Shown: one piece after another, positions 26,553 through 36,652 of the stretch | Position numbering within the stretch: position 1 is the stretch's first letter | Layout: the number at the start of each line of letters is the position of its first letter | From: a virus | Lineage: Duplodnaviria > Caudoviricetes | Reading direction: 5' to 3' (one strand) | Length of the DNA: 64,000 bases | Virus record (IMG/VR): IMGVR_UViG_3300021256_000066 | Location: 65,507 to 129,506 of that record | The notes under the pieces: model-generated | The model's input: only the letters and a program-made list of their open reading frames with translations | What the model was told of the DNA's origin: nothing | Databases searched by the model: none | Program-made: the position numbers and the translations under genes

Positions 26553-27170
26553 ATGCAGAAACTATTCAAGCGATTACTCGATCTGCTGAATATCCACCCC
26601 GACGAGAACCAGCTGTGGACGCTATCTACATTGTTCATCGTCGGGCTGCTGGATGCCTATGTCGGCCCGGCCATCTCGAAGGCGTGGGTGACCGAACTGC
26701 CTGCCGAATGGCTCGCGTTCCAGTCACTCGTCTATTCCGTGGTCGGACTGTTCATCGGTATGATATGGAAAGGTTGGGTGCGCCGCAAGGCTATCCAATG
26801 GTTCACAGTGCTCTGCATCATCGAGTCGGCAGCAGGCTTCTGCGTCGGCATGTGGCTCTGCTTCGTGGAGTACAACGTGTGGGTGCTGGCCATCGCCTGC
26901 CTGCTCTACGGCACGCTGGTGTCTGAGTTCATCGGCAAGTGTCTGATGACGTTCCGTCCGAAGCTATGGAACGAGCACGAACGCGAGGTATATGACAACA
27001 ACAACGACGTGGTGTGCGGCATCTACTGCATCGCCGGCTACGTCTGCGCCCTGCTGTTCATGCCCTCTCTAAAGGTGGCCATGTTCATCTGGGGCCTGTG
27101 CTGCGCCATCGACAACATCGGCTGGCTGGTAGTGTATCACAGAAACAAGGATAAATTTACGGAGGACTGA
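26553..27170 (+). CDS. Multi-pass membrane protein (about 6 TM)
   Basis: Repeated hydrophobic segments; ATG follows a GGAAGGCTGA junction. Confidence 0.7.
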   Translation: MQKLFKRLLDLLNIHPDENQLWTLSTLFIVGLLDAYVGPAISKAWVTELPAEWLAFQSLVYSVVGLFIGMIWKGWVRRKAIQWFTVLCIIESAAGFCVGMWLCFVEYNVWVLAIACLLYGTLVSEFIGKCLMTFRPKLWNEHEREVYDNNNDVVCGIYCIAGYVCALLFMPSLKVAMFIWGLCCAIDNIGWLVVYHRNKDKFTED

Positions 27171-27237
27171 CGTATGCGACAAATAAGATTTAGAGCAAAG
27201 CCCAGCATATGGGCGGTAATCAAACGACATTAAGCGT

Positions 27238-27570
27238 ATGGCACAGCATCAGTATTATTGCGAAGAGTGCGGCATGCACCTCTTCGACAGCGAGAAGGAT
27301 GGCGGCGCGGCTGGCGCAGAGGCGCAGCGGAAGGGCTTTGTGTTCAAGATGCCGATTCTCTTTGGTATCGAGGGCTGTCACTTCTTCTGTTCAAAGGACT
27401 GCTGGAACAAGTGGCTCAACAGCCGCACCACTGAGCAGGAGCGTGCCGACGGCAACCGCTCCGCCCGTGAGATAAGGCAGCGTATAGAGGCCGACAAACC
27501 GAAACTCATAGAGGGGCTGCAGCGAATACAGCGAGCCTTTGAGATAGCGAGAATTCGCCGAAAGAAGTAA
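27238..27570 (+). CDS. Zinc-finger-like protein
   Basis: CEEC...FFCSKDC. Confidence 0.6.
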   Translation: MAQHQYYCEECGMHLFDSEKDGGAAGAEAQRKGFVFKMPILFGIEGCHFFCSKDCWNKWLNSRTTEQERADGNRSAREIRQRIEADKPKLIEGLQRIQRAFEIARIRRKK

Positions 27571-27592
27571 ATAACTTAAAAGAAATACGATT

Positions 27593-28318
27593 ATGGAAGA
27601 ACAAAACAAAAAGAACCAGCGTCCTGATGCGGTACCTGCATCTTTATCGGTGGACGCAGTAGAGCCAAAATATAAGAAGGGCGACCACGTGTGGGCCAAG
27701 CAGCCGAAAGAGTTGGCAGGGCGCACAGGCTATGTGATGGCGGTTGACACCTATCGCATGGTATATGAAGTGAGGTTCGGAACAGAGTTGTGGAAGATGT
27801 TGGAGGATGACCTCGAACTTGTTGACCCAGCGACGGAAGAAGTCCGTCAGGCCGTCTTTAAGCGCGAGGATGATGCCGACCAACCACTTACAGAACAGGC
27901 GGCTTACGACGAGTATCAGGAGCGCAGTAAGGTGTCTGCCGACCAACCACTCACAGAGCAGGCGGCCTACGACGAATATCAGGAGCGCAGCAAGACGTCT
28001 GGCGACCGTGCCGAGCAGCTGGCATGGGCGATGATTGTCCTGCTGGCGGGTCAGCTCATCGGCGGCTCGAAGTATGCGGAGTTCTACGTGCTGGGCGGTG
28101 CAGCATTGCTCTACTTGTTGCTGTCAACCATGCAGTATGTGTGGCAGTCGGTGACTATCTGGCTTGTCAAGCGCCGCATCAAGCGCACGGGCATCAAGCT
28201 CAACGACTATCCCGACTGGGTAGGTTTCGGCGCATGGGTGTTCTATTGGCTGAAGATGATCATCATCGCCCTCGGAGCCATCTACGGCGCAAGCCACTTC
28301 ATTTCGTTTGCAATGTAA
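27593..28318 (+). CDS. Membrane protein with SH3/KOW-like N-terminus and an internal 63-bp duplication
   Basis: KYKKGDHV...GRTGYV; two ADQPLTEQAAYDEYQERSK; C-terminal TMs. Confidence 0.65.
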   Translation: MEEQNKKNQRPDAVPASLSVDAVEPKYKKGDHVWAKQPKELAGRTGYVMAVDTYRMVYEVRFGTELWKMLEDDLELVDPATEEVRQAVFKREDDADQPLTEQAAYDEYQERSKVSADQPLTEQAAYDEYQERSKTSGDRAEQLAWAMIVLLAGQLIGGSKYAEFYVLGGAALLYLLLSTMQYVWQSVTIWLVKRRIKRTGIKLNDYPDWVGFGAWVFYWLKMIIIALGAIYGASHFISFAM

Positions 28319-28332
28319 AGGGGGACTGAGCG

Positions 28333-28845
28333 ATGAATTTATCAGAAGATATCAGGAAAGATATCTGGCAAATGGCTTCCGGCCCTGAAAGTGTATGCTA
28401 TATAGAGAAGCACGACGGCGAGGGATTCAAGGTGGAAGAGATTGACGGCGACTACTGTCATCTCTGTGCCACCGAGAAAGCGAGGGAGCTCGACAAAGAG
28501 GATGGCGGCAAGTATTATCATCAGGTATGTGAAGAGACATCGCCGGAGAGCGACCATTTCAGCCATTGCGCGGAGTGCGGCTGCCTGCTCAATGCCGCGC
28601 TAATCGTCAGCAGCTGGAATGAAGATGACATCAACTGCATTGTTGAAGATTTGAAGCAGGTGAAATCTTTTGAGGACATCAAAGGCGACCTTGCGTGGAA
28701 AATCGACCAGGTACTCGACAGCGAGGATGAAGCCTGCGAGTTATTCCCCAAACAGATGAAGTACATTGCGAGGAGACTGACTAACCTTTATAAGAAACAG
28801 AATCACACGGGGTCTGTCCCCCTTGTGAGTACGGCGCAAGAATAA
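28333..28845 (+). CDS. Hypothetical protein (CxxC x2)
   Basis: 170-aa ORF. Confidence 0.65.
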   Translation: MNLSEDIRKDIWQMASGPESVCYIEKHDGEGFKVEEIDGDYCHLCATEKARELDKEDGGKYYHQVCEETSPESDHFSHCAECGCLLNAALIVSSWNEDDINCIVEDLKQVKSFEDIKGDLAWKIDQVLDSEDEACELFPKQMKYIARRLTNLYKKQNHTGSVPLVSTAQE

Positions 28846-28861
28846 ATAAAATAAAGGAATT

Positions 28862-29443
28862 ATGGCAGAAAAGAAACAAATAGAGTTAAAGGTTCTGAAG
28901 AAAGACCAGTACGGGTACAGATGGATATTGGAGCCCAAGGAGCGCATCAAGTTCCGCGAGAAGTGCAAGCACAACAAGCTGGGCACGCTCTGCGATAAAG
29001 GCTACGAGTGCTACGTTGACGGTGGCGTACTGTTGGGCTGCACACCAGACGTGTCATGTCCGCGACTGAGGATGTGGGATAAGAAACACGGACTGGAGAG
29101 ACCTTTTACGATGGTCGAGAACAAATACCCAGACATGAAGCCGACCTCATTCACATGGCAGCCTGCCACCGAGAGTCCCGGAAAGCGACGGGTGCTGATG
29201 GCGCTTACGAGAAAAGACTTGGAAAAAGGTCAGTACGTGTTTGAATCCGTGCGGTTTCTCTCTCCCAATGTGCGGCCAGCCGAGTGTGAATTTCACGACA
29301 GCGAGGGGCGTAAGCAGTTGCCTGTTGCGTGGGCATACTACGACGAGATTATCAAAGGTATCGAACCTTGGATGATCAGCCGCGCCGAGAGTGCAGCGTG
29401 GGCTTGGTGGCCCGACAAGGAAGAAAACAAGCAGGAGGACTGA
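28862..29443 (+). CDS. Hypothetical protein
   Basis: 193-aa ORF ending QED. Confidence 0.65.
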   Translation: MAEKKQIELKVLKKDQYGYRWILEPKERIKFREKCKHNKLGTLCDKGYECYVDGGVLLGCTPDVSCPRLRMWDKKHGLERPFTMVENKYPDMKPTSFTWQPATESPGKRRVLMALTRKDLEKGQYVFESVRFLSPNVRPAECEFHDSEGRKQLPVAWAYYDEIIKGIEPWMISRAESAAWAWWPDKEENKQED

Positions 29444-29446
29444 CGT

Positions 29447-30154
29447 ATGAACGAACCGATTTGTGCCGACTGCAAGAAATGGGAGATGGGCGAGACGTGG
29501 GGAACGGGACGCGGCAAGACCATCGTGGAGTGCCGTGGGTGGTGCTGCAAGACACCGTGGCGCAAACCCCGATGGAACTACCAGTCTGTTTGTGGCAGCT
29601 TCGATCCCCGCGAGCAAACGAGCCTGATACTGCACGGGCAGGGCTACCCGACCGAAGAGCAGTTGCAGGAGATTGACGAAGAGATTATGAACTTCTTAAA
29701 CAAAGATGGTATGGAACAACAGGAACCACCCAAGCGGGACAAGGCGGCTGAGTATGCCCAGGTCGCAGGCCGACGCTTCCGACCGACGTTCGACTCGCCG
29801 ATTGACTATTTCGAGATTCGCGGCTACGATGCCGAGCGCGACATGGTGCTGACCACGGCGCACCCCAAAGGCGGCAGTGCTTTCGACGACGAGATTGAGG
29901 AGCGCTACCTCGTGGGAGCCTTCGAGACGGGCGATTACGTGGCGCTGCCGATGGCGGCTCAGCCGGGCGAGACCGTCTATGTGCTGCACACCTACCACAT
30001 GCCTGAGACCACCCGCGCCGTGCGCCAACAGAAGTTCTGTGGCCCCTCGTGCGCCCGCTGCCACCACCGTTTCGGCACGACGAGCAACGCCGCGTGGTGC
30101 GAGACCCACTGGCAGCAATCCCGCTGCTATCGGTTTAAGTTAGAAAAACGATAA
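29447..30154 (+). CDS. Hypothetical Cys-rich protein
   Basis: 235-aa ORF. Confidence 0.6.
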   Translation: MNEPICADCKKWEMGETWGTGRGKTIVECRGWCCKTPWRKPRWNYQSVCGSFDPREQTSLILHGQGYPTEEQLQEIDEEIMNFLNKDGMEQQEPPKRDKAAEYAQVAGRRFRPTFDSPIDYFEIRGYDAERDMVLTTAHPKGGSAFDDEIEERYLVGAFETGDYVALPMAAQPGETVYVLHTYHMPETTRAVRQQKFCGPSCARCHHRFGTTSNAAWCETHWQQSRCYRFKLEKR

Positions 30155-30174
30155 TTATTAAAAGATATAGGATT

Positions 30175-30489
30175 ATGGCAAGACGAAAGAAGAAATCACG
30201 GGGGCTGTACGACGAGTTCATCAGCGAGTACAACCGCCTGAAACTGACGAAACTGGAGCCGTATGTGCTGGCCGACATCATCGTGCAGGCTAACCGCCGA
30301 CGCAAGCGGGAGGTTGCGAAGTGGAAGCACGAGACCACGGCATACCGCAGGCAGTTCATTCGCGAGAGGGATGCGCATGTCAGGACGCAGAACAACTTCC
30401 GCAAGTACCTCGATGAATGCGAGCGCCGCGAACAGGACGGTAGTCATCTGCCCGAAGAGTGGAGCGACTTAAAGGAGAAGGAGGATTGA
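30175..30489 (+). CDS. Hypothetical protein
   Basis: 104-aa ORF. Confidence 0.6.
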   Translation: MARRKKKSRGLYDEFISEYNRLKLTKLEPYVLADIIVQANRRRKREVAKWKHETTAYRRQFIRERDAHVRTQNNFRKYLDECERREQDGSHLPEEWSDLKEKED

Positions 30490-30493
30490 GCGT

Positions 30494-30748
30494 ATGAAAG
30501 TTGAAAACAATCAAATTATTATTGAAGAGAACGACCTTGCTTCTATTTTGCCTTTTAATGAAAAGATGTCTAAGACCGATTGTTACAACAAAGGCATGTT
30601 TGATTTTGCAAAAACAGTAAAGGTTAAGATTGATAATGCGAGACAAGCAAAAGAGCAGAATAGCTACATATACTGGGGTTCCATTCTTGATTCCCTGCTT
30701 GATGACCTTGAGCATTTGACGCATAGTGTAATTTCTTTTAAGAGATAA
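30494..30748 (+). CDS. Hypothetical protein
   Basis: AT-rich 84-aa ORF. Confidence 0.6.
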   Translation: MKVENNQIIIEENDLASILPFNEKMSKTDCYNKGMFDFAKTVKVKIDNARQAKEQNSYIYWGSILDSLLDDLEHLTHSVISFKR

Positions 30749-30761
30749 GGAGGACTGAGCG

Positions 30762-31196
30762 ATGAAGATACCAGCAGTTGATTTACAGGTGGTCGGGTGT
30801 TTCGACAGCCGCGACGAAATGGAACTGAAGGCTCCGCGAGACTGCGGCAGCATAGTCCAGACACCGCACGTCACATGGTGCTTTGACGGCAAGGACTGGA
30901 TCATCCTCCGCATGGAGCAGTACATCACGTTCAAGGTTGTGAAGCGGCTCTATATTGCGGGGCGCGGCTACATCACGTTGATCCACAATCCTGACCGCCT
31001 GCCGATAGACCGCGACAGGTCGGCTGTCTGCAAGGGCCAGTTCCGTCTGCCCATCCACGGAATTGAACTCATGATGACGCTGATGATCACCCCGAAGCCA
31101 GGCAAAGACTGGGGGCTGATTACGTCGGAAGAGACCATCGGCGACTACGTGACCATCCGCATGTACCCAGACGAAGATAATGATATAAATGTATAA
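30762..31196 (+). CDS. Hypothetical protein
   Basis: 144-aa ORF. Confidence 0.6.
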   Translation: MKIPAVDLQVVGCFDSRDEMELKAPRDCGSIVQTPHVTWCFDGKDWIILRMEQYITFKVVKRLYIAGRGYITLIHNPDRLPIDRDRSAVCKGQFRLPIHGIELMMTLMITPKPGKDWGLITSEETIGDYVTIRMYPDEDNDINV

Positions 31197-31305
31197 AATG
31201 CCCGAAAACGCTAGAGTAACTTTAGCATAATGGTTTACCCACTAAACCATCATGGTTTACCCACTAAAGCGAAATGGGCAGGTTTTAAATAAGGAGGATT
31301 GAGCA

Positions 31306-31824
31306 ATGATAGTTGACAGACAATTCCATAACATCAAGTGCGACGCTTGCTGGCGGCTGATTGATGACGAGACGTGGTATGACGACAAGAATGCGCTCAC
31401 GACGCAGATACTCGACGAATGCAACTGGATAGAGTGCGAGGGACGGCACTACTGCGACGAGTGCTGGGAACACGACGATGACGACAATATCGTGACCAAG
31501 GACGGGCGCAAGTGGACGGACTACGACCATAAGGAAATCAGGCAGCACCGTATGAACTACCTCAGTCTGAGCGATGATATGACGCTGACGCAGTTCCGCA
31601 TGGAGCTGGTGAAAGGCGGGTGTCTTTTCCGTTCAATGGTTGGCTCGCTTTACAAGAGTATGCTGTTCGACGACCTGACGGAAGGTGAGGAATGGTTTAT
31701 GAAATTGCTTGCCAACCGAAAGGGAACGCCGGAGTCTGACTGCTATTACACGTTTGTGTCGCACGGCATTTTCCGTCTGGCACAGAACGATGCTTACGAA
31801 AGAATGTATAACCACAACAAATAA
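31306..31824 (+). CDS. Hypothetical protein (CxxC x2)
   Basis: 172-aa ORF. Confidence 0.65.
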   Translation: MIVDRQFHNIKCDACWRLIDDETWYDDKNALTTQILDECNWIECEGRHYCDECWEHDDDDNIVTKDGRKWTDYDHKEIRQHRMNYLSLSDDMTLTQFRMELVKGGCLFRSMVGSLYKSMLFDDLTEGEEWFMKLLANRKGTPESDCYYTFVSHGIFRLAQNDAYERMYNHNK

Positions 31825-31831
31825 TGGCGAT

Positions 31832-32347
31832 ATGAAAATTATAGCAAAACCAGGCACTGCACTTGAACAGACTATCAAGGCGATGCACGACAAGATTAAG
31901 AAGAGTTTCGACGAAGCAAACGACATGGTGGAGCAAATGACAGGCTCACGTCCTGTCAGCCCCGCCGGCATCTACCACTGGGGTACGATTATGAAGTTCG
32001 TGCCAGAGTTTACCTTCAAGCCCGAGGACGAGGACAAGATTGACAAGAAGGTGCTGCGCCCGATGCCGAAGGTCAGGAACGGTTGGAAGTCAAACCTCCG
32101 TACCAAGGAGGGCAAAGATTTCAGGGCAGCTTTCAACGCGAAGGCCGAAGAGTGGAAGGTGACGGAAGATGCGCTGCACGAGTTCGGCATCCACATGGCC
32201 GATTTCAATCGCGGTGTTTCCCACTACATCAGACCGATGTACGACTCCGAGCGCAATCGGTATTTCCTGCTTTGTAGCGACTCCATTCCGCGAGCCTTCG
32301 ACAAGAAGAAGTTGGCAAAGGATCAGTTTGATATTGAATACGAATAA
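31832..32347 (+). CDS. Hypothetical protein
   Basis: ORF after a GGCGAT leader. Confidence 0.65.
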   Translation: MKIIAKPGTALEQTIKAMHDKIKKSFDEANDMVEQMTGSRPVSPAGIYHWGTIMKFVPEFTFKPEDEDKIDKKVLRPMPKVRNGWKSNLRTKEGKDFRAAFNAKAEEWKVTEDALHEFGIHMADFNRGVSHYIRPMYDSERNRYFLLCSDSIPRAFDKKKLAKDQFDIEYE

Positions 32348-32361
32348 AGGAGGACTGAGGT

Positions 32362-32691
32362 ATGAAAGCGAAATGGAAAATAAGGGTAGGTCTGCGGGGG
32401 TGCAAGACATTCTATGAGCAGATGGAGGAGGAACAGATGCTGCCGTTCCTGCCAAGAAAGGGCGACGTGTTCTGGATGTCGGAGGATTGTCAGGACAGGC
32501 TGGAAAAGAGGGTGCTGAAGTGCATGAAGCAACATTGCGATTGCGGCGAAGGATGTCCGTTCATCAGCGTTGGAGAGCCAGACCTCAATAACCAAGTAAT
32601 AGTCCACGAGATTTATTTCAATGTCGAGCACCACGAGGTGAGAATTATACTAAGAGACGATTCTAATGTACTTTGGAATCAGCACGAATAA
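32362..32691 (+). CDS. Hypothetical protein
   Basis: 109-aa ORF. Confidence 0.6.
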   Translation: MKAKWKIRVGLRGCKTFYEQMEEEQMLPFLPRKGDVFWMSEDCQDRLEKRVLKCMKQHCDCGEGCPFISVGEPDLNNQVIVHEIYFNVEHHEVRIILRDDSNVLWNQHE

Positions 32692-32720
32692 CGAATATAC
32701 AATTAAAAAGGAATACGATA

Positions 32721-32921
32721 ATGCCAAAGGAATTTGACCAATCGACGGAAAGCCGCTTCTGGCAGGCGAAAGCACTGGATGTGGCGGAGGAAATAGACGA
32801 GCAGTGGCAACTTGTTATGAGTACGTTACGCAGTAAGCCTAACACCTACCTGATCCACGAGGGCTATTACCACATGGTTCTGGAAATGAAACAGGTAATG
32901 GAGAAATACAAGATGATATGA
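32721..32921 (+). CDS. Hypothetical protein
   Basis: 66-aa ORF. Confidence 0.55.
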   Translation: MPKEFDQSTESRFWQAKALDVAEEIDEQWQLVMSTLRSKPNTYLIHEGYYHMVLEMKQVMEKYKMI

Positions 32922-33181
32922 CCCAGAACCAGTTCGCCAACTACCACTACCGTCACTCTGAGGTGATGTTGTGGCACACGAAACACCCCGACTGCGACGT
33001 GGAGTGTATGCTCATCGGTGTGGACTTTGAGGGCGAGATGTTCCACCTTGTGCCGATCGACCAGGAGTTGTACGAGGACAAGGAATACTGGGTACACTAC
33101 AAGTTCGTTGACAAGCCGCGCCGCAAGCCTAAGATGAAGGTGGTCTATGGCGGCGAGGCAGAAATAGCAAAGAGTAAATAA
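32918..33181 (+). CDS. Hypothetical protein
   Basis: 87-aa ORF with ATGA overlap. Confidence 0.6.
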   Translation: MTQNQFANYHYRHSEVMLWHTKHPDCDVECMLIGVDFEGEMFHLVPIDQELYEDKEYWVHYKFVDKPRRKPKMKVVYGGEAEIAKSK

Positions 33182-33227
33182 AAAGGAATATGGCACATAT
33201 TGAATGGATTAAAAAGGAATTGGGAAT

Positions 33228-33617
33228 ATGATAGACTTCAAGCAAAATACAGATGACGGCTACGCTGCAGGCAAGGCTTGCCGCGAGTGGGAGGAAGAAC
33301 AGAATTGTGCGGTGATAGACCTCGAAAAGAAAATCTTCATCGAGGCTTTCAAGCGAGGACTGCAACATGAGCGCAAGAAGTGGCAGAAGTTCAAGTGGCG
33401 CAACCGACTGGAGAAACCAGAACCAGACTCATACATCATTGCCGCCGAAGACCTCGGCGACGGTCAGTATGAGTATATGGCTGGCACGTTCATCAACGAT
33501 AGTGAGCCGTGGATAAGCAACGGGCAGAGCTGCCGCATGTGGCACTGCATCGACCGCTGGTGCTATGCAGAGGATATGAACAAGACAATTCCTAAAGTCA
33601 AAAAGCAGGAGAACTGA
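33228..33617 (+). CDS. Hypothetical protein (DUF551-like C-terminus)
   Basis: KWRNRLEKPE...IDRWCY. Confidence 0.55.
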   Translation: MIDFKQNTDDGYAAGKACREWEEEQNCAVIDLEKKIFIEAFKRGLQHERKKWQKFKWRNRLEKPEPDSYIIAAEDLGDGQYEYMAGTFINDSEPWISNGQSCRMWHCIDRWCYAEDMNKTIPKVKKQEN

Positions 33618-33620
33618 CTC

Positions 33621-33971
33621 ATGATGACCACCGACGAAATTTCACGCTTCTTCAGCGAGGAAGAAGTAAAGAGGGCGTTCCAGTTTCCCGATTGGCCTGC
33701 TGGTACGGAGGTGGTGTGCTACTGCCGCTCTACCGACAGCCGCGATGCCATTGAGCAGATAACCCAGCAGAGACAGTTGAAGATTGTAGAATACGTCCAC
33801 ATCGACGAACTGCCGATAGCCAAGCTCTACAAGCCAGGGCAGGTGGTGCTCGCCAAGCGCGAGGCGTTGGAGTGGAAGAGCGATTCAACGATGCCGAGCT
33901 ACGAAGAATGGCGCAATCAGACGCCTGGCGGCCTGTGCCCGTCGGACTGGGATAGATTCATAGTAAGATAA
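33621..33971 (+). CDS. Hypothetical protein
   Basis: 116-aa ORF. Confidence 0.6.
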   Translation: MMTTDEISRFFSEEEVKRAFQFPDWPAGTEVVCYCRSTDSRDAIEQITQQRQLKIVEYVHIDELPIAKLYKPGQVVLAKREALEWKSDSTMPSYEEWRNQTPGGLCPSDWDRFIVR

Positions 33972-33989
33972 ATTAAAAGGAATACGATT

Positions 33990-34427
33990 ATGACAGAGAA
34001 GAAATTAAAGTATGCCTTCGGTACGAATGATACGCATTGCGAGGCTGACCTCTTCGACACGATCGAAGAACTGATTGAGTATGCACAAGCGTCATGGGAC
34101 GATAAGGACGGCAACCCATTCGATGAGGACTGCGACTACACTGGCTGCATCTACGTTGGCACGGCTGAGACTTACGAACCTGCCGACTTCGCGCCATCGT
34201 TGGACGATATAGCCGACCATATGACAGACAGGTTTTACAGCGACCACAACATTGACGATGACCAGGACGTGACCTACAGCAAGCAAGAAGAGGCGCAGAA
34301 GGAGTGGCGCGAGTTCATCAACAAGTATTTCGACATCCCCTGCACCATCATTGCCGACTGGAACGTCGGCATCTACGACCTGAAGGAGCACAAGTGGGTG
34401 GAGCGATATGATAAGAAGGAGGACTGA
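33990..34427 (+). CDS. Acidic hypothetical protein
   Basis: D/E-rich 145-aa ORF. Confidence 0.65.
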   Translation: MTEKKLKYAFGTNDTHCEADLFDTIEELIEYAQASWDDKDGNPFDEDCDYTGCIYVGTAETYEPADFAPSLDDIADHMTDRFYSDHNIDDDQDVTYSKQEEAQKEWREFINKYFDIPCTIIADWNVGIYDLKEHKWVERYDKKED

Positions 34428-34430
34428 CGT

Positions 34431-34865
34431 ATGCAACCACACAGACAATACACGACTGCCGACTTCGCGCACATCGCAGCGACGGAGTTTGCGGACTACG
34501 GGTTTCACCTGACGCAGAAGTGGCAGCACTGCAAGCGCATCACCGAGCGGCACTACCGCAATGCCTATATCCTTTGGGCGATGCGGAGGTTCGGCGATGT
34601 GGACGTTGCACGGGAGTTCCTTGAATATGCCATGCCCGACATGTTCGACCCCGTTTGCGACATCAACGGACTGCGCATGAGCCAGCTCAAAGCGATGGAC
34701 AAGGAGCAGATGACCGAGCGTGTCCGTACCGACGTGCGCAACCTTGCCATTGCTGCAAACATCGGCATCGAAAAGGCTTGGGATAAGTTGGAACTCATTA
34801 TGCCAGACCTGCACGACTACAGGCCAGTGACCGACGAAGATAAACAAAAATGGTATAACATATAA
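34431..34865 (+). CDS. Hypothetical protein
   Basis: 144-aa ORF. Confidence 0.65.
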   Translation: MQPHRQYTTADFAHIAATEFADYGFHLTQKWQHCKRITERHYRNAYILWAMRRFGDVDVAREFLEYAMPDMFDPVCDINGLRMSQLKAMDKEQMTERVRTDVRNLAIAANIGIEKAWDKLELIMPDLHDYRPVTDEDKQKWYNI

Positions 34866-34876
34866 TCAAAGACGAT

Positions 34877-35428
34877 ATGGAAAATCAGGTTGAGAAGTTC
34901 GATCCATCGAAACTGATGGACGGAGTAAAGGACAGAATCAAGGCTACGTTTGTGAGCCTTATTCCAGACGATGCTTGGAACAGCATGGTAGAAAAAGAAT
35001 TATACGTCTTCACGACGGGGAAGATTATTCCGCACCACGAGTATAAAGGCACCGACGGTAATGGACATGCTTATTACAGCGATTGGGAGGAACGCATTCC
35101 TTATGACCAGAAGCCTATCACCGACAATTACGGCAAAGTGGTGAAAGGAGCAGGTGACAATATTTCGCCATTACAGAAGATGATACGCGAAATGTTAGAG
35201 GAGAAGTTTCGTGCCGACCTCAAAGCATACTTGGAGACTGAAGAATATCAAGGTTTGTGGGACGGTTACGGATTGCCAAACATTAGCAAGGCTCTCGAAG
35301 AAATCCTGATAAAGAACAGCGGTATCATCTTCCAGAACATGATAGCTGGTATGATACAGTCGGGCTTTAACTTTATGAGGGCTAATATTATGCATAGCCT
35401 TCAAGGTGAAGGCTATAGTCAATATTAA
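34877..35428 (+). CDS. Hypothetical protein
   Basis: 183-aa ORF. Confidence 0.65.
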   Translation: MENQVEKFDPSKLMDGVKDRIKATFVSLIPDDAWNSMVEKELYVFTTGKIIPHHEYKGTDGNGHAYYSDWEERIPYDQKPITDNYGKVVKGAGDNISPLQKMIREMLEEKFRADLKAYLETEEYQGLWDGYGLPNISKALEEILIKNSGIIFQNMIAGMIQSGFNFMRANIMHSLQGEGYSQY

Positions 35429-35442
35429 GGAGGACTGACACG

Positions 35443-35859
35443 ATGACAGAAAAAGAATTAACGGACATGGAAGCTGCGATGACGAAAGAGATGATCATCG
35501 AGCGGGCAAAGACGCTGTGCCCCGTAGCGGATTTCCAGAAGCTCGGCGGCATGCGCTACTGGTTGGACGGCAATGAGATCCATTCGACATCGTACAACTG
35601 GGATAAAAAGAGACTAAAGCCGACGGGCTATCTGTGTGAGTTGGGTCGTGTCAAGACCTATCACACCGGCACAAGGTTCTTCTTTAAGCCGTCCGTGGAG
35701 GAAATGGTGGTACAATGCCCGTACCCAGAGGCAACGGCTTTCATGTATGTCGAAGGCACCTGCGACTACGACTACGAGCAGGATATATGGACGGCGGAGA
35801 CTATTTACTACACTGGCGACATGCCAGCGGAAATCAGGAATATGAAAATAAAATGGTAG
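35443..35859 (+). CDS. Hypothetical protein
   Basis: 138-aa ORF. Confidence 0.65.
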   Translation: MTEKELTDMEAAMTKEMIIERAKTLCPVADFQKLGGMRYWLDGNEIHSTSYNWDKKRLKPTGYLCELGRVKTYHTGTRFFFKPSVEEMVVQCPYPEATAFMYVEGTCDYDYEQDIWTAETIYYTGDMPAEIRNMKIKW

Positions 35860-35865
35860 GCGATT

Positions 35866-36282
35866 ATGGAAAAAGAACTTAGAAACGACCGCATGGCGGT
35901 TGAGAGATGGAAGCAGGCTTGCAAGGCAGGCTGCAAACAGAGTAATTACAGACGTGAGCGTGGGCTGACCGATACCCGCGACGACTTCTTTGTCGATGGC
36001 GTGCAGTGGGCAGACGAGCATCCTGCCGAAACCCAATGGCGCTCCGTGGATGAGTGGCCGAAAGACAAGGAGCCGATTCTGATGAAGCTCGACAACGGCA
36101 AGTATCAGTACAGCGAGTGGGAGTCCGACGGCAAGGGATTCAACGAGGGCTTTGCTGAAATCAACTTCGGCAACGGTGCGATGATGCGCCTGCCGATTAA
36201 TTTCCGCGTCGTGGCATGGCGACCGCTGGCCGACGTGATCAACGAGTTGAACGACCACGGCATTATCAAAAAGGAGGACTAA
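35866..36282 (+). CDS. DUF551-like phage protein
   Basis: FVDGVQWADEHP...WRSVDEWP...VVAWRPL. Confidence 0.6.
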   Translation: MEKELRNDRMAVERWKQACKAGCKQSNYRRERGLTDTRDDFFVDGVQWADEHPAETQWRSVDEWPKDKEPILMKLDNGKYQYSEWESDGKGFNEGFAEINFGNGAMMRLPINFRVVAWRPLADVINELNDHGIIKKED

Positions 36283-36285
36283 CCG

Positions 36286-36615
36286 ATGAACGAACAGATA
36301 GATATCGTAAACCTGCTGAAGGACAAGACGGCGCTTATCAAGTACCTCGTCGGGATGATACAGTCGAGCGAGAAGTTCGCCGTGAACCTGCCGCAGCTGC
36401 GCGAGAAGGGCTGGAGCGATCAGGGCATGCTCGACAAGGTGATTGAGATAACGGCCATCCAGTCGCAGCAGATAAAGCACCTGGCACTCGTCGCCCTGCT
36501 GGTGGTGCAGTCGAGCGACTTCAACGGCCACGTGGCTGACATGATGATCAAGATGGGACGCGGCGAGGAAGCCCTCAAGGCGATGTTCGACGCAAAGATT
36601 AAAGGGAAGCAGTGA
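36286..36615 (+). CDS. Hypothetical protein
   Basis: 109-aa ORF. Confidence 0.65.
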   Translation: MNEQIDIVNLLKDKTALIKYLVGMIQSSEKFAVNLPQLREKGWSDQGMLDKVIEITAIQSQQIKHLALVALLVVQSSDFNGHVADMMIKMGRGEEALKAMFDAKIKGKQ

Positions 36616-36652
36616 CCGATAAGATTAAGGAACTATTAAAGTAAACACGATT

